Assembly (NCBI GenBank): GCA_037445065.1 | Contig: JBBILD010000030.1 | Coordinates: 1-28,191 of the forward strand | Length of the DNA: 28,191 nt | Reading direction: 5' to 3' | From: Myxococcales bacterium | Lineage (GTDB): Bacteria; Desulfobacterota; Binatia; HRBIN30 | Shown here: in pieces, positions 16,840 to 26,266 of the stretch | Numbering within the stretch: the stretch's first letter is position 1 | How the letters are laid out: every line of letters begins with the position of its first letter | Position numbers and translations under genes: made by a program | Notes under the pieces: model-generated | What the model was told of the DNA's origin: nothing | The model's database searches: none | What the model saw: only the letters and a program-made list of their open reading frames with translations

Positions 16840-18236
16840 GGGAGTGTCGCACCTCCGTTTTGCCCCCCGTCCACGCGGGGAAACAATCCGAGAAGCTTGC
16901 GTACCTGCAGCGTGGCGAGGAACGCATCGGTGTCAATTTCAACGCGTTCCCGCAACAGTTCCAAATAGTTGCGCCGCGCAAGCAACACCTCGACGAGGGA
17001 AGTCCCGCCGGCCTGTTGCGCAGCGGCCACCGCGTCCCGCGCCGCTCGTGCCTTGTCCAGCGCGGCATCCAAATGCTGCATCCGTTGCTGAGCCAAGGCC
17101 CGCTGAGCACGGGCGCCCTCCAGCCGCGGAGGAGCGCTTTCCACAAGCGTCGCGCGTAGTTGCCGGGCCCGCGCCGCCTCGGCGCTCGCAGCGAGTAAGT
17201 CTGCCTGGCCACGATCGGCCACTGGCAGCGGAAACTGCACGCCCATATTGAGACTGTTTCGTTGATTGCCAGCGACCACGAACGAGTCGTATGTGTATCC
17301 AGCCCGCACGGTGAGATCAGGGAGGACTTTGCGTTGTGCAAGCAGCATTCGCTCTCTGGCCGCTTGCTCGGCGGCTCTTAAGGCGGCAAGGTCGGGGCGT
17401 CGCTGTTCCGCCGCTTCGTTCCACGTCTCGTCTACGACGGCGTTCGCGAAGCGTTGCAGAAAATCGCGGGCCGAGTCAGCACTCGCAAACAGGGGACAGG
17501 GGAGGGCGAGCGTATCCGTGCATTCCGCTTGCGCCTGATTCAGGTCCGCCTGGACCTGGTCGCGCGTGGCTACGAGGCGGGCTAGTTCGACTTCGGCAAT
17601 ATCCACATCTAACGGCGCAATCTCGCCGCGGCTTGCGCGGGCGCGATCCAGTTCGAGTAACTCCGCAGCATCCCTCGCTTGCTCTCCCAGCACTTCTAGC
17701 TTGCGCTGCGCAGTGGCGATTCTCCCCACGGTTTCCAGCAGCGCAAAGAAGCGATCCCCGAGCACGGTCTCGGCTTGCCATCTGGCCTGTTCTTGCTCCC
17801 AGGCCGTTGCCCGCTGGCGCGGGCCCCGCTTGCCCACCTCGATGAGTTCGGCGAGTGCCAGCGAGTAGTTCGGTACTTGTGACCACTTGTCGAGCCCGGG
17901 CGGGTTCGTGCGTCCGAGGGGAATGGTGTTCCAGCCCAGGTCCAGGTTGGGATTCGGGAAAAGCAACGCACGCTCGCGCTCGCTCCGCGCACGGGCGAGA
18001 GCTGCGCGTGCTTCCACCACTTCGGGAGATCGCTCCCAAAGCAAGCCTGCGAGTCGAGCCTCGTCGAAGTAGTCCGACGGAGGAAATGGGCTGGCTTGCG
18101 CGCACACGCGGGTGGCTAGCAAGCCGATCACAAAATAGATTGTCCAAGCCGCGCCCATCACTGCACCTGCCACGAAGAGCCGCGTTTGCGGCACGCAGAC
18201 GCCCGGCTTGACGATCCGCGCCACGAAAAAATTCAA
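16836..18236 (-). CDS. czcC: TolC family outer-membrane efflux protein (CzcC-like)
   Basis: Signal-peptide-like N-terminus (..VCA/Q), PNPNL, EVGKRG, RRPDL..L, LPDLTV, FPLPV.DR and G.TSLVEVL helical repeats; first gene of the CBA triad. Start uncertain (18236 TTG or 18158 ATG). Confidence 0.85.
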   Translation of the reverse strand: MNFFVARIVKPGVCVPQTRLFVAGAVMGAAWTIYFVIGLLATRVCAQASPFPPSDYFDEARLAGLLWERSPEVVEARAALARARSERERALLFPNPNLDLGWNTIPLGRTNPPGLDKWSQVPNYSLALAELIEVGKRGPRQRATAWEQEQARWQAETVLGDRFFALLETVGRIATAQRKLEVLGEQARDAAELLELDRARASRGEIAPLDVDIAEVELARLVATRDQVQADLNQAQAECTDTLALPCPLFASADSARDFLQRFANAVVDETWNEAAEQRRPDLAALRAAEQAARERMLLAQRKVLPDLTVRAGYTYDSFVVAGNQRNSLNMGVQFPLPVADRGQADLLAASAEAARARQLRATLVESAPPRLEGARAQRALAQQRMQHLDAALDKARAARDAVAAAQQAGGTSLVEVLLARRNYLELLRERVEIDTDAFLATLQVRKLLGLFPRVDGGQNGGATLP

Positions 18237-18353
18237 GCACGCTGTGTCGAAACTGCTGCAGGGCTCGATCGTGCAGGAGGAGACAGGGCGCCATTGCAGC
18301 GCGCGAGGAGCTCGCGAGCGAAAGGCCTGCTATTCAGAATCGTGTCGTGCCGC

Positions 18354-19295
18354 TCAAGTGCCGTGATGCTTGGCTTCGAGCCAGCGCTCCGCGTCCATTG
18401 CGGCCATGCACCCTGTGCCCGCGGCAGTGACCGCTTGCCGGTACACCGGATCTTGCACATCGCCGCAGGCGAAGACCCCCTCGATGCTTGTCGCGGTCGA
18501 ACGCCCGCGCGTGATGATGTAGCCCACGTCGTCCATTTCGAGCTGGCCACGAAAGAGCTGGCTGTTGGGCTGGTGCCCGATGGCGATAAACACCCCGTCA
18601 CAGGGAAAATCAGTCGCTTCGCCGGTCTTGACGTTGCGCAGGCGCACGCCCGTTACCCCTTGGGCATCCGGTGTGCCATAGATTTCCTCGACGACAGAGT
18701 CCCACACAAAGCGAATCTTCTCGTTGCGCCGCGCCCGCTCCTGCATGATTTTCGATGCGCGCAGCTCGTTGCGCCGGTGCACCACGCTTACCTTGGTGGC
18801 GAATTTGGTCAGGAATAGCGCCTCCTCCATGGCGGTGTCGCCCCCACCGACCACGATCACTTCCTTGCCCTTGAAGAAGAATCCGTCGCAAGTGGCACAG
18901 GCAGAGACGCCGTGGCCCATGAGCTTTTTTTCTGACTCGAGTCCGAGCAGCTTCGCGGAAGCGCCGGTGGCAATGATCAGAGCGTCACAGGAAAACTCCT
19001 CCGACGAGGTGCGCAAACGAAACGGGTGCTGCTTGAGGTCCGCCTCCAGCACGTCGCCGTACACGTATTGTGCGCCGAAGCGCTCCGCTTGCTTGCGGAA
19101 GCGTTCCATCAGTTCCGGGCCGAGGAGACCTTCGGGGAAGCCGGGGTAGTTTTCCACTTCCGTGGTAATGGTGAGCTGCCCTCCAGGTTGCGTTCCTTCC
19201 ACCACCACGGGTTCCAGATTCGCCCGCGCCGCATAAAGCGCCGCAGTGAGGCCCGCTGGCCCGGAGCCCAAGATCATGATTTTGTAGTGCTTCAT
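18354..19295 (-). CDS. trxB: Thioredoxin-disulfide reductase
   Basis: [34 protein letters not shown] (CxxC), [21 protein letters not shown] and [11 protein letters not shown]. Start at ATG 19295. Confidence 0.97.
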   Translation of the reverse strand: MKHYKIMILGSGPAGLTAALYAARANLEPVVVEGTQPGGQLTITTEVENYPGFPEGLLGPELMERFRKQAERFGAQYVYGDVLEADLKQHPFRLRTSSEEFSCDALIIATGASAKLLGLESEKKLMGHGVSACATCDGFFFKGKEVIVVGGGDTAMEEALFLTKFATKVSVVHRRNELRASKIMQERARRNEKIRFVWDSVVEEIYGTPDAQGVTGVRLRNVKTGEATDFPCDGVFIAIGHQPNSQLFRGQLEMDDVGYIITRGRSTATSIEGVFACGDVQDPVYRQAVTAAGTGCMAAMDAERWLEAKHHGT

Positions 19296-19818
19296 GAGAA
19301 AGCGAACTGTACTGGTTGCCAAGCAATCGCGCAAGGAAACGGAGCGCCTCACACACTTGGACGAGCACGGGCAAGCACGAATGGTTGATGTGGGGGAGAA
19401 GCCGATCACCCTGCGCGAAGCGGTCGCGCGCGCCGCCGTGCGCATGCAGCCGGACACGCTGCGGCGGGTTTTGGCTGGCGACTTGCCCAAGGGCGAAGTG
19501 CTCGCAGTGGCGCGACTGGCAGGGATCTTAGCGGCCAAGCGCACCGATGAACTGATCCCGCTGTGCCATTCGTTGCCACTCGACGCGGTCGAGGTGGACT
19601 TCACGGCGTTGGACGAAGCGACTCTCGAAGTGCGCAGCCGGGCGCGCGTGCACAGCCGCACCGGCGTGGAAATGGAAGCGCTGGTCGCGGCAAGTGTGGC
19701 CGCGCTGACTATTTACGACATGTGCAAGGCAGTGGATCGGGCAATGGAGATCACCGGGGTTTACCTGCTCGAAAAGCGAGGTGGGCGCTGTGGCACCTAT
19801 CGGCGCAAGTCGTCTTGA
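19294..19818 (+). CDS. moaC: Cyclic pyranopterin monophosphate synthase
   Basis: [52 protein letters not shown] and EKRGG. Confidence 0.96.
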   Translation: MRKRTVLVAKQSRKETERLTHLDEHGQARMVDVGEKPITLREAVARAAVRMQPDTLRRVLAGDLPKGEVLAVARLAGILAAKRTDELIPLCHSLPLDAVEVDFTALDEATLEVRSRARVHSRTGVEMEALVAASVAALTIYDMCKAVDRAMEITGVYLLEKRGGRCGTYRRKSS

Positions 19819-20992
19819 GAGGCCCCCGGCAGCCGAACGAGAGCGGCCTTGCCCGCATTTCCCTCGTTGTCCGGGGTGTGCCCTGATTGGGCGCCCGTAC
19901 GGCGAGCAACTGGCGTGGAAAGAACAGCGCATTGCTGCACTGCTGGCCGGCGCAAGCGACGCGATCCGCCCGGAGCTCACGCCGATCGTCGGTTCGGCGC
20001 GCGCCTTCGGTTATCGCAATCAAGCAAAGCTGGTTTTGCGGCAGACCCGGCGGGGCTTGCTCGCGGGCTTGTACCGGCCGGGTACACATCAGGTTGTGGA
20101 TGTGCGCTTTTGCCCAGTGCACGTGCCCGCCATCCAGCAAGCGCTACCGCGGGTCCTCGCCTCTCTCGAGCAGAGTGGAATCCCGGCCTACGACGAACGG
20201 TCGCGGGCGGGGGCGTTGCGGTACCTGCTGCTGCGCTACAGCGAATGGCAGCGGCGCCTGCAACTCATCCTGGTAACGGCCACGGCCTTGGAACCGCGGC
20301 TGCGCGCAGCATTGCGCGCCCTCGCTCGGGTGCCGCGCGTGAGTAGCGTGGTACACGACCACAACCCGGAGCCCGGGAACGTTCTCCTCGCCCATCGCTT
20401 TACGGTTGTCAGCGGGCGCTTGGAACTGCTCGAGCGGGTCGGGCCATTTCGGATGCGAGTCCAGGCAGGCACGTTTTTACAGGCCAACCTGCCCGTGGCG
20501 CGGCGCCTGTATCAGTATGCCGCCGAGCAGGCGCAGCCCAGTGCGGACGGGGTTGCCATGGACCTGTATTGCGGCGCCGGTGCCCTCAGCCTGTATTTGG
20601 CGGCCAAGGCACGCCTAGTGATCGGGATCGAGGAAAACCCGGCAGCGGTAGCGGATGCCAAGTCCAACGCCCGTCTCAACGGTTGCGGGAATCTGCGCTT
20701 TTTCCCAGGCACCACTCAGGCGGTGGTGCCTGAGCTGGCGAGGAAGTTCGGGCCGGTCCAAGTGGTGACCCTGAACCCGCCTCGCAAGGGGGTGGACCAG
20801 GCCACGCTCGAGGCGGTGGTCCAGCTGGCTGCGGAGCGACTGGTCTACGTTTCGTGTTCGCCGACGACGCTGATTCGCGATTTGCGGTTTCTGGCGCAGC
20901 ACGGTTACCGCACCATTCGCGTGCGGCCCTTCGACCTGATGCCGCAAACGGACCACATTGAATGCGTGGCGACGCTGGAACGTACCGGCTAA
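19781..20992 (+). CDS. rlmD: 23S rRNA m5U methyltransferase (RlmD/RlmC family, [4Fe-4S], no TRAM domain)
   Basis: [10 protein letters not shown] plus a downstream Cys, YRN, FLQAN, DLYCGAG, NPPRKG, YVSC and FDLMPQT.HIE. Start is GTG 19781 or GTG 19790 (GAGGTG lies upstream of the latter). Target nucleotide is uncertain. Confidence 0.88.
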   Translation: MGAVAPIGASRLERPPAAERERPCPHFPRCPGCALIGRPYGEQLAWKEQRIAALLAGASDAIRPELTPIVGSARAFGYRNQAKLVLRQTRRGLLAGLYRPGTHQVVDVRFCPVHVPAIQQALPRVLASLEQSGIPAYDERSRAGALRYLLLRYSEWQRRLQLILVTATALEPRLRAALRALARVPRVSSVVHDHNPEPGNVLLAHRFTVVSGRLELLERVGPFRMRVQAGTFLQANLPVARRLYQYAAEQAQPSADGVAMDLYCGAGALSLYLAAKARLVIGIEENPAAVADAKSNARLNGCGNLRFFPGTTQAVVPELARKFGPVQVVTLNPPRKGVDQATLEAVVQLAAERLVYVSCSPTTLIRDLRFLAQHGYRTIRVRPFDLMPQTDHIECVATLERTG

Positions 20993-21054
20993 AGCGCGCG
21001 CTCGTGGGGCGTCGGCTTCGATCCGGTGATCGCAGACAAACCCAGGTGTCGTTT

Positions 21055-22249
21055 TTACTCGCTGGGAGGCTCGAGGCGCCAGCGAGGCGGCTCCGCGCGG
21101 GTTACCGGATTGTCGTGGATGGGGAAGCACAACAAGCGGCACTCCATCGGTCCATTCCAAAGCGGGATCCGGCGCGTGGGGCGGAGACCAATGCGTTTGG
21201 TAGCGGCACGGTTTGCAGTCAGAACCCATGCGGTCCAACCCAAAAAGCGCCGCCGCAGCGTATCCCCGAAGCGGGCGTATAGTAGGCTTACGGCCTCGGC
21301 CTGCAGCCGGCTGCCATACGGCGGGTTGGTGACGATCACGCCGGGGCCGTTCGAGGGTAGAGTTCGCTCTTCGGCTTTGGCGAGCGTGAACTGAATGGCG
21401 CGCTCGACCCCGGCTCGGCGCGCGTGTTCTCGCGCAGCGGCGAGGGCGCGCGGGTCGTGGTCACTGGCATGCACAGCCACCAGGGTGGGCTGTTCGCGGG
21501 CACAGGCACGAGCCTCGGCCAGGACCTCTTGCCAGAGTCGCTCCGCATGCCCCAGCCATGCGTGGAAACCGAAGCGCTTGCGCAACAGCCCGGGGGGCAC
21601 GTTGGCGGCCATCCAGGCCGCCTCGATGGCAAGGGTACCGGAGCCGCAAAACGGATCGAGGAACGGTTGCCCACACCGTGCCGTTTCGTGCCAGCCAGCA
21701 AAGTACAGAAGGGCCGCGCCCAGAGTCTCTTTGAGCGGCGCCGTGTGTCGCTGGCTTCGATACGCGCTTGAACAGAGGTTCCCCGCTGAGATCAATGGCA
21801 ACCGTGGCCACGGGGGGCGCGAGGTGCAGGTGAACCACGGCCTCGGGAGAGCGGAGGTCCACGCGCGGACGCTCCCCCCTCGCTTCTCGCATCCGATCCA
21901 CGATCGCATCCTTGGCCTTTTGCGCGGCAAACAAGGAGTGACGGAGGTGCTCGTTTCCGCTCCCGCTCACGTGTACAGCCAAGGTCTTGCGCGGGTCCAG
22001 GTGTTTCTCCCACTCGACTGCACGCACGCCATCGTACAAGGTTTGCGCATCGTCGCAGGGAAAGGACCCCAGCGGTAGGAGCACGCGGTTGGCCACCCGC
22101 GACCATAGGCAGAGGCGGTAAGCGAGGCACAAATCACCGCTCACACGCACCAAGCCGGGCGAGCACGGTGCGGCGTCGGCACCGAGCGCGCAAGCTTCCT
22201 GCGCAACCCAGCGTTCGGTGCCGCGAGCAGCAGTCAGAACAAAGTCCAT
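21055..22249 (-). pseudogene. rlmL: THUMP-domain rRNA m2G methyltransferase (RlmL-like), frameshifted near 21763
   Basis: The N-terminal half (LWSRVANRVL, KDAIVD, DLSGEPLFKR) is in the frame starting at 22249. The C-terminal half (YR...APLKETLGAA, DPFCGSGT..IEAA, NPPYG.RL, NGPMEC) is in the frame ending at 21055. The junction reads AAG CGC G TAT CGA. Confidence 0.88.
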
Positions 22250-22332
22250 CGCTAGGCCCAGAGGCTAGCGCGTTGGAGCCAGAACGCACGGGTTGGCAGG
22301 AGCGTGCGTGAGGGTCGCAAGCCTGCTCCGCA

Positions 22333-22362
22333 TTGACTCAGGTTGTGCGACAACCCTAAAGA
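22333..22362 (+). promoter_or_regulatory. Candidate sigma-70 promoter with a palindromic operator in the spacer
   Basis: TTGACT (22333-22338), then GGTTGT-GCG-ACAACC (22341-22355), then a weak -10 (TAAAGA), upstream of the acyl-CoA synthetase. Confidence 0.35.
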
Positions 22363-22401
22363 CGCCTCACCAATATCTCCCAAGAAGGCAGGAACACGTT
22401 C

Positions 22402-24225
22402 ATGAGCGAGCCCCTCGTATTCGATGCCCCCACGTTTACCGTGAATGCCCACATCGAAGCCCGCGCTCGCCACCCAGTGACGGCGGACAAAGTCGTCCTG
22501 ATGCACCGAGGGCGGTCCTGGACCTACCGGCAGTTTCGCAACGAGAGTGTGCGCACCGCGCATTTCTTGTTGCAGCGGCTGGGCAAAATGGACTCCGAAC
22601 GCCCAGGGCACGTGGCGATGTTCCTCGAAAACCACCTAGAGTTGCTGTCCCTGTACGGAGGGTGCGCCTATGCGGGGCTCACCCTGTTCGGGGTGAACAC
22701 AGGCTTGCGCGGAGAGGTGCTCGCAGGCGTGCTCAACCACGCGCGTGCCCGCGTGTTGGTCGTGGATGAGAAACTGTGGCCTGAGGTGGAGCGGGTGCAG
22801 CACCAGCTCGCGCATCTCCCGCAGGAGAACATCTTGGTGCTGCGCACCCAAGGGGGCGATCTGCCCGCGGCGCGAGACTTCCTGGCCTGTATGGAGAAAG
22901 AGGTGGGTCCAGCGGGGATCGAGTTGCCACCCCCCGAAGTGGAAGTGACGCCCGATACGAACCTCATGGTGATTTACACTTCCGGAACCACCGGCTTGCC
23001 CAAGGGCATCCTCAATAACCACATGAAATTGTGTGCAGTCGGCTTGGGGGTTTCGAGTAACCTCGGCCTCACCAGCGAAGATGTCGGCTACGGTTGCATG
23101 CCGCTGTTTCACTCCAACTCGATGTTCGTCGGCTTCATGCCCGCGTTTTGGGTGGGTGGCAGCATGGGGCTGCGCGAACGCTTTAGTGCCAGCCAGTTTT
23201 TGCCCGACATTTTCGAGTACGGCGCTACGTTTTGGAATTACGTGGGCGAACCGGTCCACTACGTGCTCGCGTACATCGAGAAGCAATACGGTGGCGACGA
23301 GGAAAGGATCGCCCGTGAAGTCACCCACAACCCGCGCAACCGTTTGCGCTACGCCGTGGGCAATGGGGCGGCGCCTCCGGATATTGACAAGTTCATGAAG
23401 TGGCTCGGCCTCGAGGACATGTTCGAGCTTTACGGCTCGACCGAAGCCGCCATCAGCACCTTTCGCCGAAAAGGAGACCCGCGCGGCAGTGTCGGTGAGA
23501 TCACCGATCCAAATGTGAAAATCCTGCACCCGGATGGCACCGAGTGCGAGCCGGCAGAGTTGGGCCCGGATGGGAAGCTGCTCAACTACGACCGCGCTGT
23601 GGGGGAGATTTGCCGAGTGGCTTCGGATACCGCCTTGTTCCAGGGCTACTACGACAACCCGCAGGCGAATCAGGAAAAATACCGGAACGGCGTGTACCAC
23701 TCGGGCGATTTGGGGCACATCTTGATCCAAAACGGGCGCCGGTACTTGTACTTCGACGGGCGGACCGATGACTGGATCCGCAAAGATGGCGAGAACTTTT
23801 CGGCTGCGCAGGTGGGGCGCATCCTGAGCGAGCATCCGGACGTGGCCTTGGCTGTGGCCTACGGCGTGCCTTGCTCGGTGTCGGACGAGCTGGTGATGGC
23901 AGCGATCAAGCTGCGCGAGGGAGCGGTTTTCGACCCGAAGGGCTTTTTCGACTGGTGTGAAGAACAGGTCACGCACGGCTCCATGGATCGGAAGTGGTTC
24001 CCCGACTTCATACGCTTGGTGGACGACTTCGAGTACACCCAGACGCAAAAGGTGTTGGTGCGCAATTACAAGAGGGTGCACTTCGATCTGAACCGCATCC
24101 CAGATGCTCGGATTTACTGGCGTCGCCGTGGGGACGACCGCTTCCATCCGTTCACCCGGGAAGATTACGAGGCGTTGCGCAAAGAGTTCACGGCGCGTGA
24201 AAAACTAGATTTGCTGGACCGCTAA
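22402..24225 (+). CDS. AMP-binding acyl-CoA synthetase (FadD1/FadD17, FATP/CaiC-like subgroup)
   Basis: IYTSGTTGLPKG P-loop, MPLFHSN, RERFSASQF, NYVGE, YGSTE, YHSGD and GRTDDWIRKDGENF; GCAGGA RBS. Confidence 0.93.
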   Translation: MSEPLVFDAPTFTVNAHIEARARHPVTADKVVLMHRGRSWTYRQFRNESVRTAHFLLQRLGKMDSERPGHVAMFLENHLELLSLYGGCAYAGLTLFGVNTGLRGEVLAGVLNHARARVLVVDEKLWPEVERVQHQLAHLPQENILVLRTQGGDLPAARDFLACMEKEVGPAGIELPPPEVEVTPDTNLMVIYTSGTTGLPKGILNNHMKLCAVGLGVSSNLGLTSEDVGYGCMPLFHSNSMFVGFMPAFWVGGSMGLRERFSASQFLPDIFEYGATFWNYVGEPVHYVLAYIEKQYGGDEERIAREVTHNPRNRLRYAVGNGAAPPDIDKFMKWLGLEDMFELYGSTEAAISTFRRKGDPRGSVGEITDPNVKILHPDGTECEPAELGPDGKLLNYDRAVGEICRVASDTALFQGYYDNPQANQEKYRNGVYHSGDLGHILIQNGRRYLYFDGRTDDWIRKDGENFSAAQVGRILSEHPDVALAVAYGVPCSVSDELVMAAIKLREGAVFDPKGFFDWCEEQVTHGSMDRKWFPDFIRLVDDFEYTQTQKVLVRNYKRVHFDLNRIPDARIYWRRRGDDRFHPFTREDYEALRKEFTAREKLDLLDR

Positions 24226-24260
24226 TTTTTCGGGATCCCAACGATCGAGGGAGGGAGCCG

Positions 24261-25238
24261 ATGGCCGTGGTGGTGATTCGGTTCGATTTGCGAGTCCCGC
24301 CTTTTGCCCGCACGACGCATGCACAGCAGTACGCCGCGTGCCTGGACATCTGCCGCTGGGCGGACGACCTAGGGCTGGATTTATGCGTGCTCTCAGAGCA
24401 CCACGGGGTTGAAGACGGCTTTTTGCCTGCACCGGTGACGTTGGCTGCCGCGATTGCGGGGGCCACGCGCCGCTTGCAAATCAACATCGCCGCGCTGCTG
24501 CTTCCGTTGCATGACCCCGTGCGGCTCGCGGAGGAGTTGGCGGTGCTCGATCTGGTGAGCGGCGGGCGAGTGAGTTTTGTCGCAGGGCTCGGGTACCGCG
24601 AAGAGGAGTTTGCCATGGCCGGCGTGGATCGAGCCCAGCGTGCCCGCCTGCTCGAGGAAGCCGTCGAGGTGCTGCGCAAGGCATGGACAGGTGAACCGTT
24701 CTCGTTCCGCGGGCGCACGGTGCGGGTGACGCCACGGCCTGCGCACCCGATCCCGATCTTGATCGGCGGTTCGACTCGTGCCGCGGCAAAGCGAGCTGCC
24801 CGCCTTCGTGCCGGGTTCCTGCCCGCAATCGGCGACCCACAACTGGCCGAAGCGTACCATGAAGAGTGCCGGAAGAGTGGGTTCGAAGGGGGCTTTGTCA
24901 TGATGCCGGGTGGCCCAGGTTTCGTGCACGTGTCGCGGAACCCGGAAACGGATTGGGAACGAATCGGGCCGTACGCTTTGTACGATGCGCAGACCTACGC
25001 CTCTTGGCAAACGCCGGACCAACGATCGCAAGTGCACGTGGAGGCAACGTCCGTCGAGGACGTTCGGCGCAGTGGCGTATACCGGGTGGCAACACCGGAG
25101 GAGTGCGTGGCCCTTGCGCGCGAACATGGGCGGCTCGTGTTGCATCCCCTGATGGGCGGGATTCCGCCGGAGTGGGCATGGGAGAGCCTGAAGCTGTTCG
25201 AGCAGGAGGTGTGGCCCCACCTGCGCGGCAAAGCGTGA
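24261..25238 (+). CDS. LLM-class (luciferase-like) flavin-dependent oxidoreductase
   Basis: LSEHH, P....AAIA..T.R, LPLHDPVRLAEE.AVLD..SGGR....GLGYR..EF and PILIGG; strong GAGGGAGGGAG RBS. Confidence 0.92.
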   Translation: MAVVVIRFDLRVPPFARTTHAQQYAACLDICRWADDLGLDLCVLSEHHGVEDGFLPAPVTLAAAIAGATRRLQINIAALLLPLHDPVRLAEELAVLDLVSGGRVSFVAGLGYREEEFAMAGVDRAQRARLLEEAVEVLRKAWTGEPFSFRGRTVRVTPRPAHPIPILIGGSTRAAAKRAARLRAGFLPAIGDPQLAEAYHEECRKSGFEGGFVMMPGGPGFVHVSRNPETDWERIGPYALYDAQTYASWQTPDQRSQVHVEATSVEDVRRSGVYRVATPEECVALAREHGRLVLHPLMGGIPPEWAWESLKLFEQEVWPHLRGKA

Positions 25239-26248
25239 GCCGCTTGGTGGACGATCAGGGGCGGGTTCGCTTCGGAATTTTCTCCGAACCCGTCGAAGAG
25301 GTCGACGGCCGGCAGAGCACGTTGGTTGACGAGTGGGACCGCCCGGTAAGCCGCTGGCGGCGGTACTGGGGCTGGAACCAGTTCGAGTTTCTCGGGGGTC
25401 TCAGTGAGGAGTTGATCTTTGGCTGCGCCCTCGCCAACGTGCGTTACGCAGGTACCGTGTTTGCCTACGCCTACTTCCCGAAGCGAGGCCGGATGCACGA
25501 ATTTTCTGTCCAGCTTCCTCTGGGCTGGGGCGTTCGTCTGGATCGGCGACCGGAAGACGGAACCAGCGAATATCGCGGCTGGCGAGCGACCATCCGAATG
25601 CGGGCCGGGAGCCAGGCGCACACCCGCTTGTTAGAGGTAGATACCCCTGGGTTCCGTATCGAGGCGGAGTTGGACGAACACACCCCGCCGCTCCAACCGA
25701 TGCGGATTTGCACGCCTGCGGGCGCCGCGGGATGGGTTTTCGCGCGAAAAACCGCGGGGCAGGCAGTGCGCGGTTCGCTCCGGCTGGGAGCGGACTTGTA
25801 CAATCTGGAACGACTCGGCATGGCCGGGCATCGAGACTGGACTGCCGGATTCATGCGGCGCGAAACGTTCTGGAATTGGGGGTGTTTTGCTGCCCGCCTG
25901 CCCGGCGGAGTGGCGGGCTTGAACATTTCTTGCGGGGTCAACGAAACCAGCTTCACGGAGAATTGCTTTTGGTGGAACGGGCGGTTGGAGAAACTCGATA
26001 CGGTCGCGTTCGACTACGACCGACAGAACTTGCGGAAACCCTGGCGTATGACCTCCTTCGACGGCCGCTGCGAGCTCGACTTTGTGCCGCTCGCCCAGCA
26101 CCGGGAGAGAATCCATTTGGGCGTGGTGGCAACTAACTTCACGCAGCTCATTGGCCGCTACAACGGGTGGCTCTGCACCAGGGGCGGAGAGCAAATCACG
26201 CTGCGGGACGTTTGGGGATACGCTGAGTGGCACTACGCGAAGTGGTAG
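25235..26248 (+). CDS. DUF2804-family protein
   Basis: The GTG start overlaps the LLM stop (GTGA). Trp/aromatic-rich beta protein with DWTAGFMRRETFWNW, GLN..CGVNETSFTEN, PWRM.S.DG..EL.F.P, NFTQL.G.Y.G and G.AE.HYAKW, motifs recalled for DUF2804. Confidence 0.75.
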   Translation: MSRLVDDQGRVRFGIFSEPVEEVDGRQSTLVDEWDRPVSRWRRYWGWNQFEFLGGLSEELIFGCALANVRYAGTVFAYAYFPKRGRMHEFSVQLPLGWGVRLDRRPEDGTSEYRGWRATIRMRAGSQAHTRLLEVDTPGFRIEAELDEHTPPLQPMRICTPAGAAGWVFARKTAGQAVRGSLRLGADLYNLERLGMAGHRDWTAGFMRRETFWNWGCFAARLPGGVAGLNISCGVNETSFTENCFWWNGRLEKLDTVAFDYDRQNLRKPWRMTSFDGRCELDFVPLAQHRERIHLGVVATNFTQLIGRYNGWLCTRGGEQITLRDVWGYAEWHYAKW

Positions 26249-26249
26249 A

Positions 26250-26265
26250 GCGCACCACGGTGCGC
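26250..26265. terminator. GC hairpin between convergent genes (possible bidirectional terminator)
   Basis: GCGCAC-CACG-GTGCGC fills nearly all of the 18-nt gap between the two stop codons. There is no U-tract. Confidence 0.4.
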
Positions 26266-26266
26266 C

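Noticed and set aside
18354..19661. 435-aa extended trxB ORF in the track
   Set aside because: The extra 122 codons are the antisense of moaC. TrxB homology starts at [15 protein letters not shown] (19295).
22636..24147. Long antisense ORFs (503 aa here; also 14103-15233, 9685-10779 and 5822-6814)
   Set aside because: These are shadow frames opposite well-supported genes and are expected from GC-biased codon usage.
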